The position numbers and the translations under genes are program-made. Shown here piece after piece: positions 1 to 12,265 of a stretch of 64,000 nt of DNA. Source of the stretch: Octopus vulgaris. Taxonomy: Eukaryota. The stretch's first letter is position 1. Every line of letters begins with the position of its first letter. A model generated the notes under the pieces. The model searched no databases, was not told the DNA's origin, and saw only the letters and a list, made by a program, of their open reading frames with translations. The DNA is taken from contig OX597823.1 of NCBI GenBank assembly GCA_951406725.2, positions 32,798,001-32,862,000 on the forward strand. The letters run 5' to 3'.

Positions 1-458
1 TTTGCCAGCTCTGTCTGGCAACCGTGTCGGTGGCACGTAAAAGCACCATCCGTTCGCATCCGTTGCCAGCCTCGGCTGGCCCCCGTGCCGGTGACACGTA
101 AAAGCACCGTCCGTTCGTGGCCGGTTGCCAGCTCTGTCTGGCCCCGTGTCGGTGGCACGTAAAAGCACCATCCGTTCGTGTCCGTTGCCAGCATCGCCTG
201 GCCCCGAGCCGGTGACACGTAAAAGCACCATCCGTTCGTGGCCGTTCACCAGCTCTGTCTGGCACCTGTGCAGGTGGCACGTAAAAAACACCCACTACAC
301 TCGCGGAGTGGTTGGCGTTAGGAAGGGCATCCAGCCGTAGAAACACTGCCAGATCTGACTGGGCCTGACGAAGCCTTCCAGCTTCACAGACCCCAGTTGA
401 CCCGTCCAACCCATGCTAGCATGGAAAACGGACGCTAAACGATGATGATGATGATGAT
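1..458 (+). mobile_element. 3' end of RTE-type LINE (tandem ~60-bp 3'UTR units plus (GAT)n tail); continues off the window start
   Basis: Matches the 3' end of the RT-coding copies at 16597-19461 and 60040-61149 (…cacccactacactc…gttggcgttaggaagggcatccagc…catggaaaacggacg…gatgatgat). About five ~60-bp units lie at 2-290. Confidence 0.85.
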
Positions 459-1015
459 GGACCCATGAAAAATTCACAGAAAACTTTAAAAATGTAAGCA
501 TCTATAAACAGTGTCATGGTGCCATGAGAAATGTTTTGTATATTATGACCGTCTGTAGCTGTAATTCATAGGGGCCAGCCTCGTCATATTCTGTGTGAGG
601 CTGAATCTCCCTGAGAACTACATTAATGTTATGCATATCTGTGGAGTATTCAGCCATTTGTGAGTTAATTTTATCCTCATGTGGTAATGAAAAGTGAAAT
701 TGACAGCCAATATTTCCTACTGTCTCTCTCACTTTCTATCTTTCTCTTTCACTTCCTTTGTGTCCCTCTTCTCTCCCACTTTTGATTTAACAATGTGTAT
801 ATGTATCTACTTGTGATGTGATAAACATTTAAAAACACAAAACAAATGTTGTCACTGCTCACTGTCTCTTTCACTCTCTTTTTCTCTCTCACTCTCTCTC
901 TCACTCTCCCTTTCTCTCTCACTCTCTCTCTCTCTCGCTTTGCCACTTCTTTGAAGTAAGTGTGATGCACAACAGGTATGTACAAAAACAAAAAGTTAGC
1001 ATATTAATATTATTG

Positions 1016-1045
<30 letters not shown>

Positions 1046-1047
<2 letters not shown>

Positions 1048-1825
1048 GACACTGAGAGCACTAAACTGGCTCAAAGGAACCCTAAAAGAAGAAAAAGAGA
1101 TTGAGAGCACTATACTGGCAGGGCAAGACCAAGCTTTGGCCATGAACTGGAGGGTCCACTTTAGGAATGAGCAAGTGTCTCCACTGTGCTACATCCACAA
1201 TAGAGTGGATGAAACCATTGCCCATATCATGAGCAAATGCCCTAGACTTGATCAAAACCACCACAAGTTGTGGTGACGTGATCAATTAGCAAAAGTGCTA
1301 CGTAAGAAACTGTGCAAAAAGGTGGGGGGGGGTAGAGAGAGGCAAGATGTGGTATGAGCACAAACCACAGAAAGTGGGATTTCCCAGTCCAAACAAATCA
1401 AGTGCTAGAGCATAACAGACCAGACCTAGTGGTGGTGGACAAGGTGTATCACATATGCTATATAGTTGATGTTGCATGCCTCTTTGACCCATGAATAGTC
1501 AAGAAGGAAGGCAAAAAGAAAGATATTACCCTCCTAAGTACGAAATAGCCTGGCTATGGAAAATGAAGAAGGTGAAGATAGTGCCAATTATTGTTGAGTC
1601 CTTAGGAACAGTATAAGAAGGTATCAAGAGGAATAAAAAGGAAATTGGAATGGAGTGCCCAGTAGAACTGTAACAAAAGGTTTGCCTCCTTGGCATGGTC
1701 AGAATAATCAGGAAAGTATTAGATAGCTGAAAAGAATAGATAGCATGGTACCGTAGGCTTCAGGTAGCAAGCCTTCTACACATGCAAGAGTCCAGGAGCT
1801 CCAACAAAACCTGTGATAAAGAGAA
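1046..1825 (+). mobile_element. Degenerate 3' fragment of an R4/Dong-like (restriction-like endonuclease) non-LTR retrotransposon
   Basis: Translates as LKEEKEIESTILAGQDQAL…PLC…DETIAHIMSKCP, then RPDLVVVD (~1419-1442) and …VKIVPIIVESLG, across stops and frameshifts. These are zinc-knuckle and PD-(D/E)xK-type motifs. Flanked on both sides by (AAT)n. Confidence 0.7.
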
Positions 1826-1841
1826 ATAATAATAATAATAA

Positions 1842-2257
1842 TAATCCTTTCTACTATAAGCACAAGGCCTGAAATTTTGGCAGGAGGAGGATAGATTATA
1901 TTGACCCCAGTGTTCAGCTGGTCTAATTTTATTGACCCCCAAACGGACGAAAGGCAAAGTCAGCCTTGGTGGAATTTGATCTCAGAATGTGAAGATGGAC
2001 AAAATGCTGCTAACGATTCTGCCAGCTTGCCACCTTAATAATAATAACAATAATAATAATAATAATAATAATAATAATTACAAATTTTGCCACAAGGGCA
2101 GCAATTTTGGGGAAAGGGGTGAGTCGATTACATTGATCCTGAAAGGATGAAAGGTAAAGTCGGCCTTGGCAGAATTTGAACCTAGAACATAGCCACGGTC
2201 GAAATACAGCTAAGCATTTCATCCAGCATGCTAATGATTCTGCCAGCTTGCCACCTT
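1842..2257 (-). mobile_element. Two tandem SINEs (family B, Nin/Deu-like core) separated by (AAT)n
   Basis: Reverse complement of the element repeated at 14335-15625 (ggcaagctggcagaatcgttagc…gagttcaaattc…gactttgcctttcatcc…). Confidence 0.75.
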
Positions 2258-2689
2258 AATAATAATAATAATAATAATAATAATATCATCATCAATAATA
2301 ATAACAATAATAATAACACATTGGTGCAAGGAGAGAGTATTTAGTTAATTGAACTGCCCCCTCCTCTCCTTTATCTAGTCTATTGATCCAGAAGGTCAAC
2401 TCCAGTGGGATTTCAACTCTGAATATAATAAATAGCTAAATGCCAGAAGACATTTAATCTGGCGCTCAACCATTTCTGCCACTGGTCTGATGATGCAGAT
2501 AATGATTGTAATAATAATAATGATAATGAAGATAGTTTATTAAATAATTAATAGTGTCTTTTAATTAAAATGTTATATTGCTGAATATATCTCATTAATT
2601 CTCATTAGACTAATGGAAATGACTGTGATTATGCAATTTAATGATTATACAGTTTCCACATCTCCCATGTGCAGTAGTATATAATGTTA

Positions 2690-3030
2690 CCTAAATGTAC
2701 ACAATAATGCACAGAAGTGACACAAGTGCACACTGTTGCAGTAAGGGTATCCAATGTTTCAAGGTGCATAGGTACATGACTTGGTGCACAAGTGTACAAT
2801 GATAGCAGTATACAGAGGTGCACAATTTGGCACTGAGGTCACAGTATTGCATAGAGGTATACAGTATACCACAGGTGTGCAGCATGGAACAGAAGTGACC
2901 AGTGTTGTGTGGATGTGCACAGTATGGCACAGAGGTGCACAGCATGGAATGGAGGTGTATCATAAGGAACACAGATACACAGAATCATGGAGGCGGGGTA
3001 CAGTATGACACAGGGTTACACAATTTTGTA
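2690..3030. repeat. Degenerate ~20-bp minisatellite (consensus about CACAGTATGGCACAGAGGTG)
   Basis: Repeated cacag/acagaggtg/gcacagcatgga motifs at roughly 20-bp spacing. Confidence 0.55.
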
Positions 3031-4317
3031 TAAAATGCGCAGTAACACAAGCATGCGAACATGCAAAAAAAAAGCGCAAAAACCTATCATCATATAAAGA
3101 CAGTTTTAGTGTCTTCTTTTAGAAGTTCACCTGAAAACAGTTATTTGTCTGATGTTTTACCTTTATGTTAATGAACACATCCTGATCAACAGGTGTAAAA
3201 TATATTCCATTAATTATTTATTGTGAAATTAATTTGAAGAACACCTGAAACAGTTAGGGCAAAGATGTGTTGTTGGTTAGCCCCAGATCCACCATGAACA
3301 ATCTTTCAATAGACAGGCAGGTAGTCAACCAAACAATGAATTACAACCTAGTTTTATTTTTCTATATATAAACCACGGCATCACCTTGATGAAGGTCAGA
3401 CTGGTGATAATCCAGATATGTTGCATCATCTCCTCTATTCAGTAGAGTTGAAGATCCTGGTGATGGCGACAATGGAGATTGACATGGTGGACTAGCAAAC
3501 AAACGGACGAATACACTGCATTGTTGTGTAAATGAGAGAGTAGGAAGTAAAATTACTTTATTAATGAGTTTAGGAATACAGAATATTATGTTAAAGAATA
3601 TATATTGACAATGTCTATAACTTCATTACGGTTTGTTTGGTTCAGTCTTGGTTATTAGATGATTTATTCTTGACCTCAGATATACATTGATCACAGGCTT
3701 GATTCAAACAAACAATTTTGTCTCATAACTAAGGGATGTGATTTCTTTGTCCCACCAGACCAGGGAAGGGGTGGGGGATATGAGTGAATGACAACTGATG
3801 ATATTCAAAGATCAAACTATTTGAAACAGATATAAATATTGTAAATATATACACTATAAAGTGTAATAGCATAGCTCATGGTTTCTCGATTGGTTTTCTT
3901 TTTTTTTTCTTTTCTTGTCTCATGCATCACTTTGATTTTCAAATTTAGAAAATTAAAAGTGTGCTTCACTGTGAATAGACACAGTATATAGCATGAATAT
4001 AATATACAAAGGGAAATCAAATATTATCTGCACTTTTGCCAAAACTTTCTTTAGATTGGCTGTGCTTTCTTCAGTGCTCACATACTTAAAAGTGGTACTC
4101 TTGTAATGACATAACTGAGGTTTGACCTTGGTCCCTCCAGTTCTCTTTCTGGTGTTGCAGAGTAAACATGGCCACTCCACTGGTCATGTGCACCGACAAA
4201 GAACAGTGATCGGTGATCTGAGAAATCAGATCACTGAAGGTGTCAGGGGCTGAAAAGCATGGTTGTCCTTGCATATCAGCATGTCCCCTACATCCCTCTT
4301 CAGCTTAGCATTCCTTA

Positions 4318-4541
4318 TCTTGCAGGTTTGTGGGTGCTGGTGCCACATAAAAAGCACCCATACCAGTGCTGTGTAAAAGCACCCAGTCCACATTCGGTAA
4401 AATGGTTGGTGTTAGGAAGGGCATCCAGCCATAGAAACCATGCTAAAACACATGGGACCTGGGCAGCCCTTCAGCTGGCCAGCTCCTGGCAAACCATCCA
4501 ATCCACACCAGCATGGAAAACATACATTAAATGGTGATGAT
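4318..4541 (+). mobile_element. 5'-truncated RTE 3' end
   Basis: Similar to 240-458 (aaaagcaccca…gttaggaagggcatccagcc…ccagcatggaaaac…gatgat). Followed by (TA)n. Confidence 0.7.
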
Positions 4542-4984
4542 TATATATATATATATATATAGAGAGAGATAGAGAGAGAGAGAGAGACAGTGAGGGATAA
4601 AAGAAATTTTGATTAAAATGTCATTGCAAGTTTTAACCTTCACAAATTATTACCGTACCCACCACCTTGAGAAATATTGATGTCATACAGATATTACATA
4701 TACTCTAAATATGTTAATGGTGTAGATATATTGTAAATATATACACAGTAAAAATAAAGTTAAGTGTAGATATAACTATAGTAAATATGCACCATAAAGA
4801 TGTGGTTAATAGTGTGTACAGAAATGTTGTAAATATACTTTACATACTTTGAATTGTGGTCAGTAGTACAGAAAATTATAATCTTAATGAACAACTAAAG
4901 ATATTTGGGGATTCATAATTACTTCAATATCATTTTTCAGCTTTGTTAAAGATTAAACTGGAATTAATTAAAATTATATATATA

Positions 4985-5269
4985 TACATTAGACAAAATG
5001 AGATAACAAAGCCAAGGCTGTGAGGAGTTTTCAGGACATTGGTAAGGAAAAAGATATATAGTCTTACAGCTACTGCCATGATTGACCGCTAGCTACTAAG
5101 CTCTTTTTTCCTTTTTTGATTCTCTCTCTGTTTATTTTCTCGTGCTCCTTTCTGTTGAAGAGTGTAGGCTCAAAACATAAAAGACTTTCTCACTTTCCCT
5201 AGCGTTAAACTAATACATCTGTTTGCTGTTTACACACCTGTCTTCATCTTTTGTTTTGTTTTAAATTCC

Positions 5270-5272
<3 letters not shown>
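4985..5272 (+). mobile_element. Penelope-like element remnant between (TA)n tracts
   Basis: Carries a hammerhead-like motif at 5148-5183 and is flanked by TA repeats on both sides. Family assignment is inferred. Confidence 0.5.
5148..5183 (+). ncRNA. Degenerate type-I hammerhead ribozyme (variant core CUGUUGA)
   Basis: cttt-CTGTTGA-a-gagt-gtag-gctc-[A]AAA-ca-TA-aaag. Stem I cttt/aaag and stem II gagt/gctc are present. GAAA to AAAA and cg to ca both look like CpG decay. Confidence 0.55.
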
Positions 5273-5301
<29 letters not shown>

Positions 5302-5305
<4 letters not shown>

Positions 5306-6168
5306 TACAGTGAATAAACTGTTGTATAAATTGCGTAAAAATGAAAATAACACTGACATCTCGATATATTTACCAAAATTATTTTAAAATATTACTTGAA
5401 ATACTAAAGAGTGAATTTATTCAACAAAATCATCATTGGCTTCAACCATGGCCCCCAGAAGACTTTGGAATCTCTTACAACTCTCCTGAATGGTCTCCTT
5501 GTTTAAGTTAGTGAATACTGCCATAATCATTGCCTTCAGTTCATCCTTGTTGTTACAAGGAGTTTTGTTGGTCTCTCACTAAACTGCACCCCACACATAA
5601 TAATCAAGGGGGTTGTAGACTGGAGACTTAGAGGTGGTGTGGTCGCAGAAATTGTCTGACAGCCACAATTGGGTTCTCCTGCTTGTGTGGCATGGTGCAG
5701 AGTGCTTTTGCCAGGCACAGGGTCATCCAGCAGCCACTCTCATGACCCAGGGCAGAACTACCTCCTCCAGGCACTTGATGTTGGCCTCTGTATTGAGTCT
5801 GTAGCCATGTGAGAAGATGAATGGACACATAACGTTGTTATCACTGGTGATCACTCCAAACACTATGATGTTGACTGTATATTTGATTTTTATCACTCTC
5901 GGTACATATCTTCAGATTGCACTGTCCTCAGATTGACACCCAAACACTCTGATGTGTTTGTATTGGAGCTTCCAGCATGAATGCCAAGCAGTACAGCATG
6001 TCATTTCCAAATTTCTGGCTGAGTGAATTGTGTCTTGGTGCTTTTTTTTCTCACAGATGGTACCCAACTGACCCTACTATACTGTGAAGTTGACAAAATC
6101 AAAAATAAACAATGCGCATGTGCAAAATTAAAAATATAAAATGGCGACAATTTGCCCATCGCACCCTG
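5302..6168 (-). mobile_element. Tc1/mariner-superfamily DNA transposon relic
   Basis: The minus strand gives WLSDNFCDH…SPVYNPLDYYVWGAV (SPDxNPxD-type motif, ~5583-5666). The right end …gcgacaatttgcccatcgcaccctg|TA matches a degenerate left TIR at ~5302-5330. Confidence 0.75.
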
Positions 6169-6324
6169 TATATATTTGTATATCTTAACATTGTTGGTAC
6201 AAATGGAGGGAGGAGACATATTAAATATTTCATTGTCTTCTACTATATGTTTTCTGTTTGTGTGGCCACATTTTGTATAAAAATGCTTCTTATTATTCTT
6301 ACTTGAGAAATTAAAGCTCTTTCC

Positions 6325-6536
6325 AGCCAGCTTCTCTGGCCCCTGTTCCAGTGGCATGTAAAAAGCACCCACTACAATCTCAGAGTGGTTGGCATTATTA
6401 GGAAGGGCATCCAGCTGTAGAAACACTGCCAGATCAGATTGGGGCCTGGTGCAGCCTCCTGGCTTCCCAGACCCCAGTTGAACCGTCCAACCCATGCCAG
6501 CATGGAAAACACGTTAAATGATGATGATGATGATGA
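6325..6536 (+). mobile_element. 5'-truncated RTE 3' end just upstream of a DGK exon
   Basis: Near-identical to the RTE tail at 245-458 and 60940-61149, with a (GAT)n tail. Confidence 0.85.
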
Positions 6537-6573
6537 AATGTGGTTCTAAGTTTGTTATTTTTTATCTTTTCAG

Positions 6574-6722
6574 ATTATATGTATTTCGGAATGTTTCGTA
6601 CTATAAAATCTTAGTCTGTGGTGGTGACGGAACTGTTGGTTGGGTTCTGTCATGTTTAGATAATGTATGCCAAGATGCTGTTTGTCAGTCTCCTCCTTTG
6701 GCAATAATTCCTTTAGGAACAG
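6574..6722 (+). CDS. DGKQ: Diacylglycerol kinase (theta-like), internal exon, catalytic domain
   Basis: ttttcag|A…ACA G|gtatgg. Encodes LYVFRNVSYYKILVCGGDGTVGWVLSCLD…PPLAIIPLGT, with the DAGK GGDGT and PLGTGND motifs. 149 bp, phases 2/1. Confidence 0.95.
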
Positions 6723-6837
6723 GTATGGAAATCTCTTTCTCAACTTGTCTAATGCACATATTTTTATTTTGCTTTGTATCTATGGGTGTGAGGATTAATT
6801 CTTTTTTAAGGGTGACTGTCTGAACAGCTACTCAAGA

Positions 6838-7105
6838 AGTAGGAGCTGGGACTGGTTTGAGAAGCTTGCTTCCAAACCATGTGGCCTCGGGTTCAATCTC
6901 ATTGTGCAGCACCTTGGGCAATTGTCTTCTACCACAGCCTTCAGCTAACAAAAGCTTTGTGAGTAGATTTGGTAGACAGAGACTGAAATAAGCACATCAT
7001 GTGTGTGTGTGTGTGTGTGTGTGTATATACCTGTGACTTGACTTTATATGATGGTTGTAAATGAACAACACCATTATAAAAGTGATATTGTCTGTTTCCA
7101 ATCTT
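6838..7105 (+). mobile_element. tRNA-derived SINE (family A), degenerate
   Basis: gaagcttgcttcc…gggttcaatc…caccttgggcaa…gatttggtagac…, the same family as 9779-10155. Confidence 0.65.
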
Positions 7106-7748
7106 CTGCATTTAATGTCACTGGTTCTCACTATTCAAATTTTCATCAAACTACAAATGTCCAAAAATACACACAAAATACATCTCCCTTCATGTAACCT
7201 GTTGTCAATAAACTAGCAGTATGACTAGTTATGTTGTGTATACTTTGATGATAGATATCATGTACTTCAACGGTGTGTTTTGAAGTACACGAGTGCCCTG
7301 AGTATATTTTATTGTGGCACCAGCACTAAAGGGTTTACCATGACCTTGTCAATACAAAAGTGGCCTGTCAACCTTACACTGTATTTGTGATGTTTGATAA
7401 ATAGAAACACATTCAATTAACCAGTAAATTACTCTTTGGTATATTTTAATATTAATATATTGAAATACACTAAAGATTAAATTGGCAGTTAAATGCAGAG
7501 TTTGGAAGAGAATTATGAGTGGAGAAATGGCTGCAAGTGTGTGTAATATTTATGATTGATGTAATATTTTACAGCTGTTGAAGTGAAGTGGGAATATATG
7601 ATGATTACTCAGTAAGAATTGTTTGAATTTTAATGTGATTGTTATTTTAAAGAAAATTTTTTTATCATGTGACTTAAGCTTTTTTCACGTTTCGCAGTTC
7701 TATTTGGAATATGGCCCCTAATAATCTTTCATTTCATTTTTATTACAG

Positions 7749-7857
7749 GAAATGATTTAGCTAGAGTATTACGCTGGGGTCCTGGATATACTGGCGGGGA
7801 AGATCCCCTTAATTTACTCAGAGATGTAATTGATGCAGAAGAAATTAAACTTGACAG
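7749..7857 (+). CDS. DGKQ: DGK-theta-like exon
   Basis: tattacag|GA…GAC AG|gtaagt. Encodes (G)NDLARVLRWGPGYTGGEDPLNLLRDVIDAEEIKLD(R). 109 bp, phases 1/2. Absent from the ORF track. Confidence 0.95.
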
Positions 7858-9778
7858 GTAAGTAACAAAATATATATTATTTTTTTTTAAATACATGCAG
7901 TGTTCTTGCCATTAAGGTTTCTATCCCACTTCTGGGATTTCAAATTTTGATTTTTCCTTTTTTCTGTTTTTGGTATTTCTTGTGGAGATAAATTTAGTGA
8001 GCAATATTCGTGCTCATTCTGTTTGTATGTGTGTGTGTATATATATATATATACATACGTACGTACGTATGTATGTATTTTTTTCTCTTGAGACAATTTG
8101 CGCAATATATTGTTTTTGCATGTCTGAGTGTACAAGGACATGTTAAACATGATTTTACATTCATTCAACACTGCTTAGCATACCTCCAATTAATATATGT
8201 GTGTGTATGTTTGTCCTCCCCACCACCACCACTACCACCACCAATTAACAACCAGTGTTTGTTTACATTCCATAACTAAGCAGTTCAGCAAAGGAGACCA
8301 ATAGAGTGAGTAACAGACTTCAAAAGTCTATACTGGGGTCAATTTGTTCAACTAAACCCTTTCAGGCATTGCCCCAGCCTGGCCATAGTCCAATGACTGA
8401 AATGAGTAAGAGATGAAAGAATTTAGAGGAGGAGTTGTAATGCCAATATAGACTTCACTTGTAGACTGGTGGGATTCATATTTATTTACAAATCAATGGT
8501 TTTATGAAAAATGTATGGTGAAGAAGGGCCTAAGATGTAGACCCTTGGACTAAATGCTTATAATAGAGTGGACTTTTCAAAAAAAGGTATCTGGCAGCTA
8601 CCAGTCAACAGCAAATTATTGGGGATCAAACTGATGTCTTAGAGGTTCATACAGTTCTTTTTGCTTTGTTAATTATTTTTGTCCATATTTTAAAGTAATT
8701 ATTGCTCTTTCAATATTTCATCTCTTTTTAGTGTTTATTTAGAAGGTTTAAAATTTCAATTCAAATTTTAAAAAAAGAGACTCAAATTATCAGTTAACTG
8801 ACTAAATGCTACCATTTTTGGACGAATTTCAGTTCTCTGTCCATCCTTTGTAGTTTTTCAATAATTTCTGCTGCTATTGTCTGCTTTTCACCCTGACCTC
8901 TGTAGCTCTTTATTTTCTCTCTCCCCCCACTAAATCACAATATACAATTTTATCTGTTCTCAAATTACTCCTCATTAGAATTGTTAGTTAGGTCAACATG
9001 TCAATAACAAACTTTAATTAAAGCAGTCCCACCAAAATCAACCTTTTCCAGTTTTAATCTTTGAGCCAGTTCTTTGAAACACTAAATCAGAATAGAAATC
9101 TTTACTTCCAACACCATATATTTGTCTTGAGAAGAAACTTAGCTGCAACTATGCTCACCTCATCTGGGTAATATTTACTCCACTACCATCCTGTACCACC
9201 ATTTGAATTACATGCAATATTCCGTATCCAGGTGTTTTGCACTATGTGTTAAGTGTGTAAATATGATGTACCAAAGTTATACTTCCTTCATTGTCCATTT
9301 TAAACCATGATAGATTTTGTATTCCTCCACCAGTTCTTTGATAAAATAATGTTTCCTGCCATGTCTCTGAAGTTTGATTTTGAATAATTTTAACTTCAGC
9401 CTAAATCTTAACCAAGAACACCTTCGGGTGTTCATAGTTTCCATGGATTAAACTAATTCTGCTGCTTCTGTATTTAGTCTGTTATGATAACTCATATCAG
9501 TTCCATACATTTCAAAGAACAGGAGGAAGATGTGTACTAAGAGGGACTTACCTCAAATTCCTTATGCTGCTACTACCATAAAATCCATTTGTCTTGCAAG
9601 GCCATGGATCCTTAGTAAATGCATTGTTTATAATTGCCCTAAATGTACTCATCACTTAACACCTTTCAGGAGCCATTCTTTATGATTTGTAGTTTTACTT
9701 ACAGTTGTTATTATTTCATTGTGACTGCTGAGAAAATGTTAACCTAGCTATACAAAAATTTACACATTTTAAGCATAT

Positions 9779-10155
9779 AGGCATGTAGCTTGCTTACCAA
9801 CCAAATGGTTCCAGGTTCAGCCCCACTGCGTGGCACCTTGGGCAAGTGTCTTCTTCTATAGCCTTGGGCCAACCAAAGCCTTGTGAGTGGATTTGGTAGA
9901 CGGAAACTGAAAGAAGCCCGTCGTATATATGTATATATATGTGTGTGTGTGTGCTTGTGTTTGTCCCCCCAACATCACTTGACAACTGATGCTGGTGTGT
10001 TTACGTCCCTGTAACTTAATGGTTCAACAAAAGAGACCGATAGAATAAGTACTAGGATTACAAAGAATAAGTTCTGGGGTTGATTTCCTCGACTAAAGGC
10101 GGTGCTCCAGCATTGCTACAGTCAAATGACTGAAATAAGTAAAATAGTAAAAGAT
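9779..10155 (+). mobile_element. tRNA-derived SINE (family A), near complete
   Basis: B-box-like ggttcagccc, then gcaccttgggcaagtgtcttc…gtgagtggatttggtagacggaaactgaaagaagcccgtcg, an internal (TG)n, and a 3' …gtcaaatgactgaaataagtaaaa end. Related copies or fragments at ~8200-8420, ~13030-13340, ~19795-19940, ~22770-23075(-), ~23604-23760, 26719-27095 and ~55069-55196. Confidence 0.8.
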
Positions 10156-10641
10156 ATGTTGTGTGAAATATCTGTACCCATCAGTGACTTAGCAGATAAA
10201 ATAGTTATTTGCCTTAGTTTAGAAATCAAAGTTCCTAATTTGAATCTAGTTTGGTACAATTTACATATCCAGGAATAAAACACTTCCTTTGGGGATCAAA
10301 CTGATGAAGACATAGTTTATATGTAAACACTGAAAAATCTTTCATCTCTAAAGGTGAGGCTAATTATCCAGAAAATCTCTTTTGAATTTATTTTTCGACA
10401 AATATCTATAGTTATTCAGTCTTTCATTTAATCTTATTAGACATACATCATGCTGTGGAAGGAAACTCTGGTCGTGAGATGCTGGATGGATACATCCAAT
10501 TTCTCCAGGTTCTTAGGATTTATAAACTGTTGCTAAGTATTAATGTTCTGTTGCAACACCAACTATTACCTTGCACAAACCAGTGTACTTTCCCTCTGTT
10601 TTGTTTTCTAATTAACTTTTCCATTTTTATTCTGTTGATAG

Positions 10642-10848
10642 ATGGACAGTAATTTTCCATCCTAATGAGAAAGAGATGCCAGATGAAACTAAGGTTGCCA
10701 TAGCAAATGATACAAATTCGGCTAATACCAATGAAGACAATACCACAATGTTTGTAATGAATAACTATTTTGGGATAGGAATTGATGCTGACCTCTGTTT
10801 AGATTTCCATATGGCCCGTGAAGAGAAACCAGATAAATTTAATAGCCG
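10642..10848 (+). CDS. DGKQ: DGK-theta-like exon, start of accessory domain
   Basis: tgatag|A TGG…AGC CG|gtatgt. Encodes WTVIFHP…[33 protein letters not shown](R). 207 bp, phases 2/2. Confidence 0.95.
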
Positions 10849-11079
10849 GTATGTATGTCTTTGTATTTTTTACTATTACTTAGATACAACAGACATCAGT
10901 TATTTTTTTATACCTCTTCTTCCTTTTCCTTTCTTCTCTTCTGTCTCTCTCTCATGTTATCTTCTGTTTCCTCTCTTCTTTCTATCCATTATACAAAAAT
11001 AACTGTAGTTTTTAACCATCAACTTTAAATCAATGTATATCATATAATTTATATTAATTGAAATATGTTAGATTTTACG

Positions 11080-12055
11080 CATTTTTGTCAAGAAGAAACA
11101 AGTCTATTTATTCTGGTACCTTAGAAATCTTGAATCCTAGAACTGATGAATTCTTCAAACAGATTTTGAGTTGCTTTTTGCTTTTTTGATAAAAACCCTT
11201 ATTTTCTAAGAAGTTATAGAGATGTTTGAAAAGTGGTTAGTCAATCAGAGAGAGGTCTAGGGAGCAAGGTAAGAGAGGCAGTATTTCATACTCAATTTAT
11301 CCAATTTATGCTGAGTCATTTGCAAGACATGTCATCAGGTGTTCACGTGGAAAAGAATTGGTCTTTTTCAATTGACCAATCCTAGATGTAAATGTTACAG
11401 TTCTCTGTACATTTTGTCAATTTCCTAGAAATACTTTTCTATTGTGACGGTTTTGACAGAATTCAAAAAATACTCGAGGTTTATTCCACTTACTGCCCTG
11501 CAAACAGTGATTATAACCTTCTTTTGATGCAGTTTCAGTTTTTGAGAAATATTTTGGCTTTGTTTCAGTCCAGTTACTGTTTGCAAAAACCATCAACTTT
11601 TGTATAGGATTCATTTTTTTCATCACATGTCACAATGTGATAAAGAATTGGATTGGTTTTATTACATGAAACAAACAGAATTTTTTTCTTTCTTTTTTTC
11701 TTTCAATCAGTTCATATGGTACTCATTTATTTAGCATTTTTGACTTGCAAATGCAGTGAAAATGTTGAACAACTGTTGAATGGTCAATGTTTAATTCTCT
11801 TGCAACCTTCTTGAGTGTCTCCTATAAATCTGCTTCACTAATGACCTTCAATTAGTCATCAGTTGCTGAAGGTTGTCCATGACTTTCCTTGTTTTCATGA
11901 CTCCTGTCTCCATCATTAAATTTTTGGAACTATTGTTGAGCTGTATGTTTGTTGATTGTCAACTCATCAAAAACCTGGTTAGTTGATATTGCAAGTTGTT
12001 TCAACTTTGCTTTCCATTTTAAACTATTGCAATAAACTTACTCAAATTTGCCTTT
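11080..12055 (-). mobile_element. Mariner-type transposase relic
   Basis: The minus strand gives IVTCDEK (~11616-11636, first catalytic Asp motif) and VARELNIDHS (~11777-11812, HTH region). Many stops; ends uncertain. Confidence 0.6.
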
Positions 12056-12071
12056 TTTTTTACCTACTTAA

Positions 12072-12265
12072 CCCTTTAGCATTTAAACCAGCCATATCTG
12101 GCTGACATATTCTGTTTTATGCTTGAATCAGCTAGATCAAGTTTCTTACACCTACCCTACAATGTCATTCTAAAAATGAACAACTACACCATCAAAATCT
12201 CAAAGCTGCAAGATAATGCATGATTAATTCAAAACAATGAATAAATAAACCTCCAGGCTGAGGGG
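12072..12265. mobile_element. TTAA-flanked piggyBac-type MITE
   Basis: TTAA|CCCTTTAGC…GCTGAGGGG|TTAA. A related sequence starts at ~15647. Confidence 0.6.

Noticed and set aside
1-290. CRISPR-like array
   Set aside because: The units are contiguous tandem repeats without unique spacers, in a eukaryotic LINE 3'UTR, and there are no cas genes.
3793-3835. CTGATGA…GAAA motif (also at ~365, ~10301, ~47791 and ~52329)
   Set aside because: No convincing stem I or stem II pairing around the core boxes.
1-6573. Upstream DGK exon (expected to end …GGPLPG)
   Set aside because: No matching coding sequence with splice sites found; the 5' exons probably lie before the window.
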